Assembly: GCA_964471805.1 (NCBI GenBank)
Contig: CAYYGX010000001.1
Span: 5,954-51,016, forward strand
DNA from: an uncultured Gammaproteobacteria bacterium
GTDB taxonomy: Bacteria; Patescibacteriota; Patescibacteriia; UBA9629
Reading direction: 5' to 3'
Length of the DNA: 45,063 nt
This document shows positions 1 to 6,695 of this stretch, one piece after another. The first letter of the stretch is position 1, and each line of letters begins with the position of its first letter. The notes beneath the pieces were generated by a model. It did not search any database, was not told where the DNA came from, and saw nothing but the letters and a program-made list of their open reading frames with translations. The translations under genes were made by a program, and so were the position numbers.

Positions 1-606
1 CTTTTTCGTTTGTAACGCATGCCGAGCCTTCTCCGCCAAGCGCAAATGCTGATCGTATAATAACAGGGTAGCCGATTTTTTTTGCCGCGGTGATCGCTGA
101 TTTTGGAGTTTCGACAGCCGCGCTTTTTGGAGTTAAAAGATTAAGTTTTTTGAGCGTTTGTATAAAAAGCGCGCGATCTTCAGTTTTTTCTATTGCGGAC
201 ATTGGCGTGCCAAGGATGCGCGGTTTTTTACTCCCTCTATCTCCCCCTTTGTAAGGAGGAGAAGCAGAAGGGGTGATAATAAACCCTTCTTTATATAAAT
301 CAATTCCGCAGTTCAACGCCGTTTGTCCTCCGAAAGAAAGCAGGATGCCGTCCGGTTTTTCCTGCTTTATAATTCTTGAAACGAAATGCGCGTTTACAGG
401 CAGGAAGTATACGCGATCCGCAAGCCCGCTTGATGTTTGATAGGTTGCGATATTCGGGTTGACGACAATGGTTTTTATGCCCTCTTCTTTCAGAGCTTTA
501 ATCGCTTGAGACCCCGAATAATCAAATTCGCCGGCCTCGCCGATTTTTAAGGCGCCGGAGCCGAGGATAAGAATTTTTTTGGGTTTTTGAGGACGATATA
601 TTGACA
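1..606 (-). CDS. carB: carbamoyl-phosphate synthase large subunit, 5' part (open at window edge)
   Basis: Absent from the ORF track because it is open at position 1. Reverse translation from ATG 606-604 gives [59 protein letters not shown]...GGQTALN...EDRALF...[16 protein letters not shown], the canonical CarB ATP-grasp N-terminus. It lies directly downstream of carA. Confidence 0.9.
231..262. repeat. GC-rich hairpin element, copy 1 (translated in frame inside carB)
   Basis: CTCCCTCTATCTCCCCCTTTGTAAGGAGGAG shares CTCCCT-N4/5-CTCCCCTTTGTAAGG with the reverse complement of 631-663. It encodes ..[11 protein letters not shown].. within carB. Confidence 0.6.
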
Positions 607-629
607 TAATTAGAGCATACTCAACATTA

Positions 630-663
630 CCTTCCCTTACAAAGGGGAGCGTAGGGAGGGGTT
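630..663. repeat. GC-rich hairpin element, copy 2 (carA/carB junction, inverted relative to copy 1)
   Basis: CCTTCCC-17 nt-GGGAGGG (630-660) can pair over 7 bp with one G-U. Its reverse complement CTCCCTACGCTCCCCTTTGTAAGGGAAG matches copy 1. Confidence 0.6.
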
Positions 664-697
664 AAAAGATAGCCATTCGTCAAACACCCAGTCTGTA

Positions 698-1864
698 TCA
701 GTTGGGCCGGGCGAAGCTTCCGGGTGAAACTGCACTGACATCCACGGTTTTGTTTCGTATGCCCTCGTTAGTTCCGTCATTGAGATTCGTAAACCACGGC
801 TCCCAATCGTTTGGCAAACTGTCTGTGTCTACAGCATAGCCGTGATTTTGAGTGGTGATGAAGGCGCTGGAGTGAACATTTGACATTTGACATTTGACAT
901 TTGACATTTTTACCGGCTGATTCTGCCCGCGATGTCCGTATTTTAATTTGTACGTCTTCGCGCCACAGGCAAGCGCCAGGAGTTGGTTGCCAAGACAAAT
1001 GCCAAGAATGGGAATTATAAATGACGAATTACTGATTACTAATTGATTTTTTATTTGTTCAATTGTTTTATCGCATTTTGCAGGATCTCCTGGTCCATTT
1101 GATACCACTATTCCATTGATGCGGATTTTATCATAATTCTTAATTTTTAATTCGTAATTCGTTAATTCAAAGTCCCACGGCACACGTATCACACGACAAC
1201 CGCGCCGAAGTAGACAACGAATGATATTCAATTTCACGCCGCAGTCGTAGAGAAGAACATTTTGTGTTTTGTGTTTTGTGTTTTGTAGCGGTGGTTCGTA
1301 AATGATTGGTTCACGGCAACTTACTTCCGCCACTAAATTTCGTTTATTTGGATCGTCAAAGTTTTGGTCTTTGAGTTGTAGTTTTGACATTTGACATTTA
1401 ACATTTGATATTTTTCCCAGCATCGTCCCTTTTTCCCGCAGTCTTTGCGTTAAGGCACGCGTGTCAATTCCTTCTATTGCTGGAATATTCTCTGACTTCA
1501 GCCAACTCCCGAGCGACTGCGAAGCCTCCAGGTGCGAATATGCCTTGCAGTATTCATTGACAACAAGACCAGCCACTTGTATGCGCTCTGATTCAAAAGG
1601 ATATGTTAGTAAGTTTTGAGTTTTGTCAACCAAAGGTTGGTCCGCCTTTGGCGGAAGTTTTGAGTTATCGGCAACTCCGTAATTTCCGATCAACGGATAC
1701 GTCAACACTAAAATTTGTCCGTGATATGACGGATCAGTGAACGTTTCCGGATACCCAACCATGCCGGTGTTAAACACGACCTCTCCAGACGCTGAAGTTT
1801 CTGCGCCAAAAGATTCGCCGTGGAGTATTGTTTTATCTTCTAATACAAGTGATTGAGTTCTCAT
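698..1864 (-). CDS. carA: carbamoyl-phosphate synthase small subunit (glutamine amidotransferase); 3' end apparently frameshifted
   Basis: ORF track 698..1915. The conserved CarA N-terminus MRTQSLVLEDKTILHGESFGA.. starts at ATG 1864. Motifs present: FNTGMVGYPE, GICLGNQLL (Cys nucleophile), GHRGQNQPV, TTQNHGY. The expected ..VQFHPEASPGP.. block is only readable in another frame (637-750); see findings. Confidence 0.85.
   Translation of the reverse strand: MRTQSLVLEDKTILHGESFGAETSASGEVVFNTGMVGYPETFTDPSYHGQILVLTYPLIGNYGVADNSKLPPKADQPLVDKTQNLLTYPFESERIQVAGLVVNEYCKAYSHLEASQSLGSWLKSENIPAIEGIDTRALTQRLREKGTMLGKISNVKCQMSKLQLKDQNFDDPNKRNLVAEVSCREPIIYEPPLQNTKHKTQNVLLYDCGVKLNIIRCLLRRGCRVIRVPWDFELTNYELKIKNYDKIRINGIVVSNGPGDPAKCDKTIEQIKNQLVISNSSFIIPILGICLGNQLLALACGAKTYKLKYGHRGQNQPVKMSNVKCQMSNVHSSAFITTQNHGYAVDTDSLPNDWEPWFTNLNDGTNEGIRNKTVDVSAVSPGSFARPN
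876..909. repeat. tandem heptamer array (ACATTTG) about 4.9 copies, inside carA
   Basis: Exact 7-nt period counted at 876-882, 883-889, 890-896 and 897-903, plus a partial unit. Translated as ..KMSNVKCQMSNV.. Confidence 0.9.
1028..1048. repeat. tandem heptamer array ATTACTG/ATTACTA/ATTGATT (3 units = 21 nt), inside carA
   Basis: 7-nt period counted directly. Encodes ..QLVISNS.. where CarA homologues (from memory) are about 6 residues shorter. Confidence 0.7.
1134..1168. repeat. tandem heptamer array TAATTCT/TAATTTT/TAATTCG/TAATTCG(+partial), inside carA
   Basis: 7-nt period counted directly. Encodes ..ELTNYELKIKNY.., a region about 7 residues longer than in B. subtilis PyrAA (from memory). 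Confidence 0.75.
1261..1288. repeat. tandem heptamer array (TTTGTGT)x4 (last unit TTTGTAG), inside carA
   Basis: 7-nt period counted directly. Encodes ..QNTKHKTQN.. Confidence 0.85.
1387..1414. repeat. degenerate tandem heptamer array ACATTTG/ACATTTA/ACATTTG/ATATTTT, inside carA
   Basis: Same unit as 876-909. Encodes ..ISNVKCQMSK.. Confidence 0.75.
1613..1666. repeat. 31-34 nt double-hairpin element flanked by a 10-nt direct repeat, in frame inside carA
   Basis: GTTTTGAGTT (1613-1622) / ttgtCAACCaaaGGTTGgTCCGCCtttGGCGGAa (1623-1656) / GTTTTGAGTT (1657-1666). 24 of 28 core positions are identical to 18115-18142. Confidence 0.7.
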
Positions 1865-1868
1865 ATAC

Positions 1869-1894
1869 AAAAAATCCCGAGAAATCGGGATTTT
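1869..1894 (-). terminator. rho-independent terminator-like hairpin after hicA, 7 nt before the carA ATG
   Basis: aaaaaATCCCGAgaaaTCGGGATttt: perfect 7-bp stem with a 4-nt loop. On the minus (coding) strand it is followed by TTTTTT. Confidence 0.6.
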
Positions 1895-2120
1895 ATAAAT
1901 TATTAAATTGTTCAATACTTAATTCAGTTGCGTCAATTATATCTTTTAATGTTTTTCTTTTTATTGTTTTACCGGAATGCCGCGGAATTATTATTATTTT
2001 TTGGTCTTTCTTTCTTACCCACATTTCATGAGAGTCCTTGCATTGTTTATAAAATACAAAACCGCATTTTTTTATTTTCTGAATAACTTTTTTATCGGTT
2101 AATGATGGAAATTTAGGCAT
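1893..2120 (-). CDS. hicA: HicA-family mRNA interferase toxin
   Basis: MPKFPSLTDKKVIQKIKKCGFVFYKQCKDSHEMWV..IIIPRHSGKTIKRKTLKDIID..LSIEQF fits the HicA/YcfA pattern (leader, GF..., (G)SH, basic C-terminal half). ATG at 2120; the track ORF begins at TTG 2138. Confidence 0.8.
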   Translation of the reverse strand: MPKFPSLTDKKVIQKIKKCGFVFYKQCKDSHEMWVRKKDQKIIIIPRHSGKTIKRKTLKDIIDATELSIEQFNNL

Positions 2121-2127
2121 TAGAATT

Positions 2128-2358
2128 TTAAACCGCAATAGCTAAACCCTGCCATAATTCTTGCTCTTTATATTTAATCGCTGGCTTTGCAATGAGCTTT
2201 CTATACTCCAGAATATCTTTAAGAATACTTTTTAAATTTTCTACAGCCCTTTCAATTGTTTCACCATCAGCCCATGCGCCTTGAATAACCGGGCACCGAG
2301 CATAATAACCGCCCTCTTTATGTTCTTCAATTATGATAGGATAGAAATTATTTTTCAT
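2128..2358 (-). CDS. hicB: HicB-family antitoxin (UPF0150-like)
   Basis: MKNNFYPIIIEEHKEGGYYARCPVIQGAWADGETIERAVENLKSILKD.. is typical of the HicB N-terminal domain. Immediately upstream of hicA. Confidence 0.75.
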   Translation of the reverse strand: MKNNFYPIIIEEHKEGGYYARCPVIQGAWADGETIERAVENLKSILKDILEYRKLIAKPAIKYKEQELWQGLAIAV

Positions 2359-2374
2359 AGTAAGCACAATCATA

Positions 2375-3286
2375 TCAAACCTCGTCTTTTTTCGTCAAGC
2401 GCATAAAAATCGCCATACGGACCCATACGCCGTTATGAGCTTGTTTGAAATAAATCGCCCGCGGGTCGCTGTCTATTTCCGGATTTATTTCCCCGACTCT
2501 CGGCAGGGGGTGCATAAAAAGGCAACTATCCTTAAAGAGAAGAGCGGTCGTTTTATCTAGCAAGTATGTATCTTTGAGCCGCGCATATTCTGCTTTATTT
2601 TGGAAACGCTCTTCCTGCACGCGCGTCATGTATAATATATGAGCTTCTCTCGCAACGTCATTCCATGTTTCAAGTTCTTGATAAGAAACGCCTTGATTTT
2701 TTAGCCGAGTTAAAATTTCCTCCGGCATCCTTAAAGAAGGAGGGGAGATGAAGTAAAATTTTGGATTAAAGTGAGCAAGACCTTGAGATAAAGAGTGCAC
2801 TGTTCTTCCGTATTTGAGATCGCCGACAAAAGCTATAGTTAAATTGTTCAGAGAAATTTTTTCAGCGATCGTAAAAATATCTAAAAGCGCCTGCGTTGGA
2901 TGCTCGCCGCTTCCGTCTCCGGCGTTTATAATCGGCACATCTGAAACCGTAGCCGCGCGCGCCGAGGCGCCAGTTTCCTGGTGGCGCATTACAATACAAT
3001 CGGCATAACCGTTTACGATTTTAATTGTGTCTTCAAGAGTTTCTCCTTTTTTTGTTGATGTTGTTCCCGCGTCCGCAAATCCGATTACTTTTGCTCCAAC
3101 CCGAAGCGCCGCGGATTCAAACGAAAGCCGTGTGCGCGTGGACGGTTCAAAGAAGAGGGTTGCAACAATGGAGTCTTTGCGCGCACCCCGATACATCCTT
3201 GATGATGCTTTTATCTTACGCGCTTCTTTAATAAGATCAAGCAGTTCATCGCGCGAAAAATCAGTAATGGATAGTATATGTTTCAT
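2375..3286 (-). CDS. pyrB: aspartate carbamoyltransferase catalytic subunit
   Basis: STRTRLSFE, GEHPTQALLD, HPLPRV motifs; 303 aa. Confidence 0.95.
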   Translation of the reverse strand: MKHILSITDFSRDELLDLIKEARKIKASSRMYRGARKDSIVATLFFEPSTRTRLSFESAALRVGAKVIGFADAGTTSTKKGETLEDTIKIVNGYADCIVMRHQETGASARAATVSDVPIINAGDGSGEHPTQALLDIFTIAEKISLNNLTIAFVGDLKYGRTVHSLSQGLAHFNPKFYFISPPSLRMPEEILTRLKNQGVSYQELETWNDVAREAHILYMTRVQEERFQNKAEYARLKDTYLLDKTTALLFKDSCLFMHPLPRVGEINPEIDSDPRAIYFKQAHNGVWVRMAIFMRLTKKDEV

Positions 3287-3774
3287 AACGAGGTGAAAAT
3301 GCCTATGCTCATAAGCGTGATGATTGCGCCAGCTAAAACCACTCCGATAAAAATTGCTTCTAACGCCTTCTTATATGGGATGCCGAAGAGGTATGCCGCA
3401 AGCGATGCGCTCCATGCGCCGGCGAAAGGTCCGGGGATTGCGATGTAGAGAATGAGCGCGAGCGTTCCCCAGCGTTCCATTTTTTTTGAAATTCCGTGTT
3501 CGGTTTTCTCCCGCCACCAAAGATAAAGCGCGATCGGTTTATCTAAAAGCTTATGATGTGTTTTTATCTCTGGAAAAGCTCGTATGCCAAATAGTTTTTC
3601 AAACCCGGGCAAAAGCAATAAAAGAAACGCTGGAGGAATCATATTGCCAAAAATCGCGATTTCGTATGTCAAAAGAGGATGAATTCCTTTCAGAATTCCA
3701 TACGGTATCCCGGCGTTCAATTCCCCGATCGGCGCCATGGAAAGCAGAAAAATTTTAATTAGCGTTTCGTTCAT
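3283..3774 (-). CDS. small multidrug-export-like membrane protein (COG2426/PF06695-like)
   Basis: MNETLIKIFLLSMAPIGELNAGIPYGI.. with several hydrophobic segments. The track ORF extends to 3894 but overlaps the upstream gene; ATG 3774 chosen. Confidence 0.6.
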   Translation of the reverse strand: MNETLIKIFLLSMAPIGELNAGIPYGILKGIHPLLTYEIAIFGNMIPPAFLLLLLPGFEKLFGIRAFPEIKTHHKLLDKPIALYLWWREKTEHGISKKMERWGTLALILYIAIPGPFAGAWSASLAAYLFGIPYKKALEAIFIGVVLAGAIITLMSIGIFTSL

Positions 3775-4192
3775 CGCTCTGCATTTTAGCAAGCTCTTGA
3801 GCGAGTCGATGTTTTTCCAGAAGTTGCGCATCTCGCAAAGTAGTCCAATAATCAACCGACTCCGTTCTTTTGGCTTTTTTCTTCTCATCATCACTGTTTT
3901 CCAAAAGTTTTATGCTTTTGCGAATGTTTATCTCTACGCCGTGGAGTCGTTGGCACACCCCATCATACAGTCCTAGCGTTGTTACAAAGTTCGGATTATT
4001 GTTTCCGCAAAGACGGCAAAATGGTTCATCCTCTTTTAAGAGGTGGTCTGGGTTCGTTGCGCATTTTTCGGATATTGTTTCTCTTTCAGGATTCTTGCGT
4101 CGGAGTCGTTGAAAGTTTCTTTTTGGCACCTCCGCGTCAATAAATCCCTCCACACCCATTAACATCGCGCGACAGATTTCATGTTTGCTCAT
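3755..4192 (-). CDS. hypothetical protein (Cys-containing, K/E-rich C-terminus)
   Basis: 145-aa ORF packed between neighbours with ATGA-type overlaps. No family recognised. Confidence 0.4.
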   Translation of the reverse strand: MSKHEICRAMLMGVEGFIDAEVPKRNFQRLRRKNPERETISEKCATNPDHLLKEDEPFCRLCGNNNPNFVTTLGLYDGVCQRLHGVEINIRKSIKLLENSDDEKKKAKRTESVDYWTTLRDAQLLEKHRLAQELAKMQSDERNAN

Positions 4193-4908
4193 AAGTGTTT
4201 TTGACTCTCCTTAGATAAGTTTAGCTTTTTTTCACGCATATCCATCTGCCAAATATATTTTTGTGATCGAAAAATTACAGAACATAATCCAATCAGTGAT
4301 AATATGAGTACAAAAGGAAGCGCGTGACGGAGGTACGTGTGATCATAGATAATCAAGGTATTTGCCAAAATGAAAATAATCCGCAACTCGGTAGGGCCGA
4401 GTCGGAGATAGTTAATTTTTAATTGATTCATTGCGCCAAACGCAAGATACGAATTTACCATGAATGCTCCGAAAATTGACAAGATGAAAAAGAGAAGGTA
4501 GTGCGCGTTATTAGATACGATAAAAAAATAAGCGATGAGTATGGAGCATAAAAATATGTAATCCAAAAAGTGATCCATATAATACCCCCATCTGATCAGC
4601 CCAGTTTTCCTATATTTCCCAAGTGAGCCGTCAAAAGAATCGGTAAACCATTGAAGCGCAATCATCACAGAAGCAAGCCAAAGCCACGATAAGTTCGTCT
4701 TAGCAAGGAAGCCAAAAAAAATAACACCACCACTCCATAAAATTGTAAGAAGAGTGAGGTGATATGTTTGAATCCAAGAAGGAAAATATGGGATAAGGGC
4801 AAGAATCAGTCTCTGTTCAAAGGACGTGAGAAGAGATTTGGTTCCATATTTTTGATCTCCCCTAAATGTTTCTATTTTGTTTATATTATTCATAAGATGG
4901 TTGCCCAT
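4189..4908 (-). CDS. CDP-alcohol phosphatidyltransferase family protein
   Basis: DSFDGSLGKYRK matches the D-x2-DG-x2-(A)R core. Multiple TM helices. Alternative start at ATG 4893. Confidence 0.75.
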   Translation of the reverse strand: MGNHLMNNINKIETFRGDQKYGTKSLLTSFEQRLILALIPYFPSWIQTYHLTLLTILWSGGVIFFGFLAKTNLSWLWLASVMIALQWFTDSFDGSLGKYRKTGLIRWGYYMDHFLDYIFLCSILIAYFFIVSNNAHYLLFFILSIFGAFMVNSYLAFGAMNQLKINYLRLGPTELRIIFILANTLIIYDHTYLRHALPFVLILSLIGLCSVIFRSQKYIWQMDMREKKLNLSKESQKHL

Positions 4909-6661
4909 CCTTTATTATCCGTTCAGAAAATTGTTTTAGCGATTCGTTAATCGGCTCCCTTGAACCAAAACGCCGGACTGAAAGCATTGCAGTATCTTTC
5001 CAAACTCCGCTTGGCGTTGCTTCTTTATCGCCGATTACAATTATGTAAGGAATTTTTTGGCCCGCAGAGTTTCTGATTTTTGCGCCTACTGTTTCACCGC
5101 TTTCGTCAATTTTGATGCGAAGCTCTGCATTTTTTGCAAGCAGATATTCCTTGAGCAATGACGCGTTTGGAATATGGTTTAGAGATACGGGCGCGATAAT
5201 AATCTGCACAGGCGCAAGCCAGAAAGGAAACGCGCCGGCAGTGTGTTCAATTAAAATGCCCATAAAACGTTCAATTGCTCCAAGTATTGTGCAGTGAATT
5301 ACTGCCGGACGCTCCTTTTTTCCGTCAGTATCAATGTAGTGCATGTCAAAGTTTTCCGGCTGATTAAAATCAAGTTGTACAGTGGTAAGTTGCCACTGCC
5401 TTCCGATGGAATCATTGATCGTAATATCAATTTTCGGCCCATAAAATGCGGCTTCGCCTTCTACAATCGTATATGACACTCCCCAATTTTTGACAGCCGC
5501 AATAAGCATCTGTTCCGCTTTTGCCCACAGCGCGTCATCTCCAAAGTATTTTTCTTTATGTTTTGGATCGCGCACTGAAATGTTTACCGTGTATTTTTCC
5601 AGGCCGAAAACGCGATATGTATTTTGCATCAAAGACAAAATCATTTTTATTTCCGATTCAATTTGATCGTGTCGTATGAAGTGGTGCGTGTCATCTTGCG
5701 TAAGTCCTTTCACTCGCACGAGTCCCGCGAGTTCTCCGCTTTTTTCATTGCGATAGACCGCTGTTGTTTCCGCATAGCGAATCGGAAGTTCGCGATAACT
5801 GTGCGCTGATCCGTTATAAAGTTCAAAGTGGTGCGGACAGTTCATAGGTTTTATCACAAATTCATCTCCTTCTGAATCTGTCATAACAGGCATCATCGCG
5901 TCATATTTTCCAAGATGCCCGCTTTTTTTATATAACTTTGTTTTTGCGATATGCGGGATATGCACGAATGTATAACCGAGCTTCTCCTTCTCGCGCCGCA
6001 TAAATTTTTCCAGTTCATGTTTGACTACCTCTCCTTTTCCGGTAAATAGCGGCAACCCTGGCCCTACAAGATCAGAAAAAATAAACAACCCGAGTTCTTT
6101 GCCCAATTTTTTATGATCGCGTTTTTTTGCTTCCTCGCGCATCTGGAGATAATCGTCAAGTTCTTTTTTAGTTCCAAACGCAGTTCCATAGATGCGGGTG
6201 AGCATCGCGTTTTTTTCGTTTCCACGCCAGTAGGCTCCGGCGATGGAAAGTAGCTTGAATGCCGTTATATCTTTGTGCGGATTCTCTACGTGTCCGCCTC
6301 GGCAAAGGTCCGTGAAATTTCCGGCTGTGTATACTGTAATTGTTTCGTTTGCATTCGCAAGCTCGTCAATGAGTTCAAGTTTATACTTGTTTGATGCGAA
6401 AAGTTTTTTTGCCTCGTCTGCCGATACCTCGCGCCGCGAAAATTCAGTCCAACTCGGAAGCAATTCCAGCATTTTCTTTTCAATTTTTGGAAGATCGTCT
6501 TCAGAGATTGGAGAAGGAAATTCAAAATCATAATAAAAACCCGATTCAATCGGGGGACCAATCGTCGGGCGCGCGCTTTTGTAAAGTTCCACAACCGCCG
6601 CGGCCAATAAATGCGCCGCGCTGTGCCGGAGGTTCTGGAGATGAGTTTTGTCGTCAAGCAT
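4886..6661 (-). CDS. thrS: threonine--tRNA ligase (no N-terminal TGS domain)
   Basis: HSAAHLLAAAV editing-domain motif and class II core (FRNE-like YRNEKSGEL, GAFPFWLAP). 591 aa, starting directly at the editing domain. Confidence 0.95.
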   Translation of the reverse strand: MLDDKTHLQNLRHSAAHLLAAAVVELYKSARPTIGPPIESGFYYDFEFPSPISEDDLPKIEKKMLELLPSWTEFSRREVSADEAKKLFASNKYKLELIDELANANETITVYTAGNFTDLCRGGHVENPHKDITAFKLLSIAGAYWRGNEKNAMLTRIYGTAFGTKKELDDYLQMREEAKKRDHKKLGKELGLFIFSDLVGPGLPLFTGKGEVVKHELEKFMRREKEKLGYTFVHIPHIAKTKLYKKSGHLGKYDAMMPVMTDSEGDEFVIKPMNCPHHFELYNGSAHSYRELPIRYAETTAVYRNEKSGELAGLVRVKGLTQDDTHHFIRHDQIESEIKMILSLMQNTYRVFGLEKYTVNISVRDPKHKEKYFGDDALWAKAEQMLIAAVKNWGVSYTIVEGEAAFYGPKIDITINDSIGRQWQLTTVQLDFNQPENFDMHYIDTDGKKERPAVIHCTILGAIERFMGILIEHTAGAFPFWLAPVQIIIAPVSLNHIPNASLLKEYLLAKNAELRIKIDESGETVGAKIRNSAGQKIPYIIVIGDKEATPSGVWKDTAMLSVRRFGSREPINESLKQFSERIIKDGQPSYE

Positions 6662-6695
6662 AATGAGTTAATGCGATCAAAATTTTTCTTCTACT

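Noticed and set aside
1865-1915. N-terminal extension of carA in the ORF track (MNNLIIYKIPISRDFLY..)
   Set aside because: It overlaps the hicA 3' end and the terminator hairpin. The conserved CarA N-terminus begins at the internal Met (ATG 1864).
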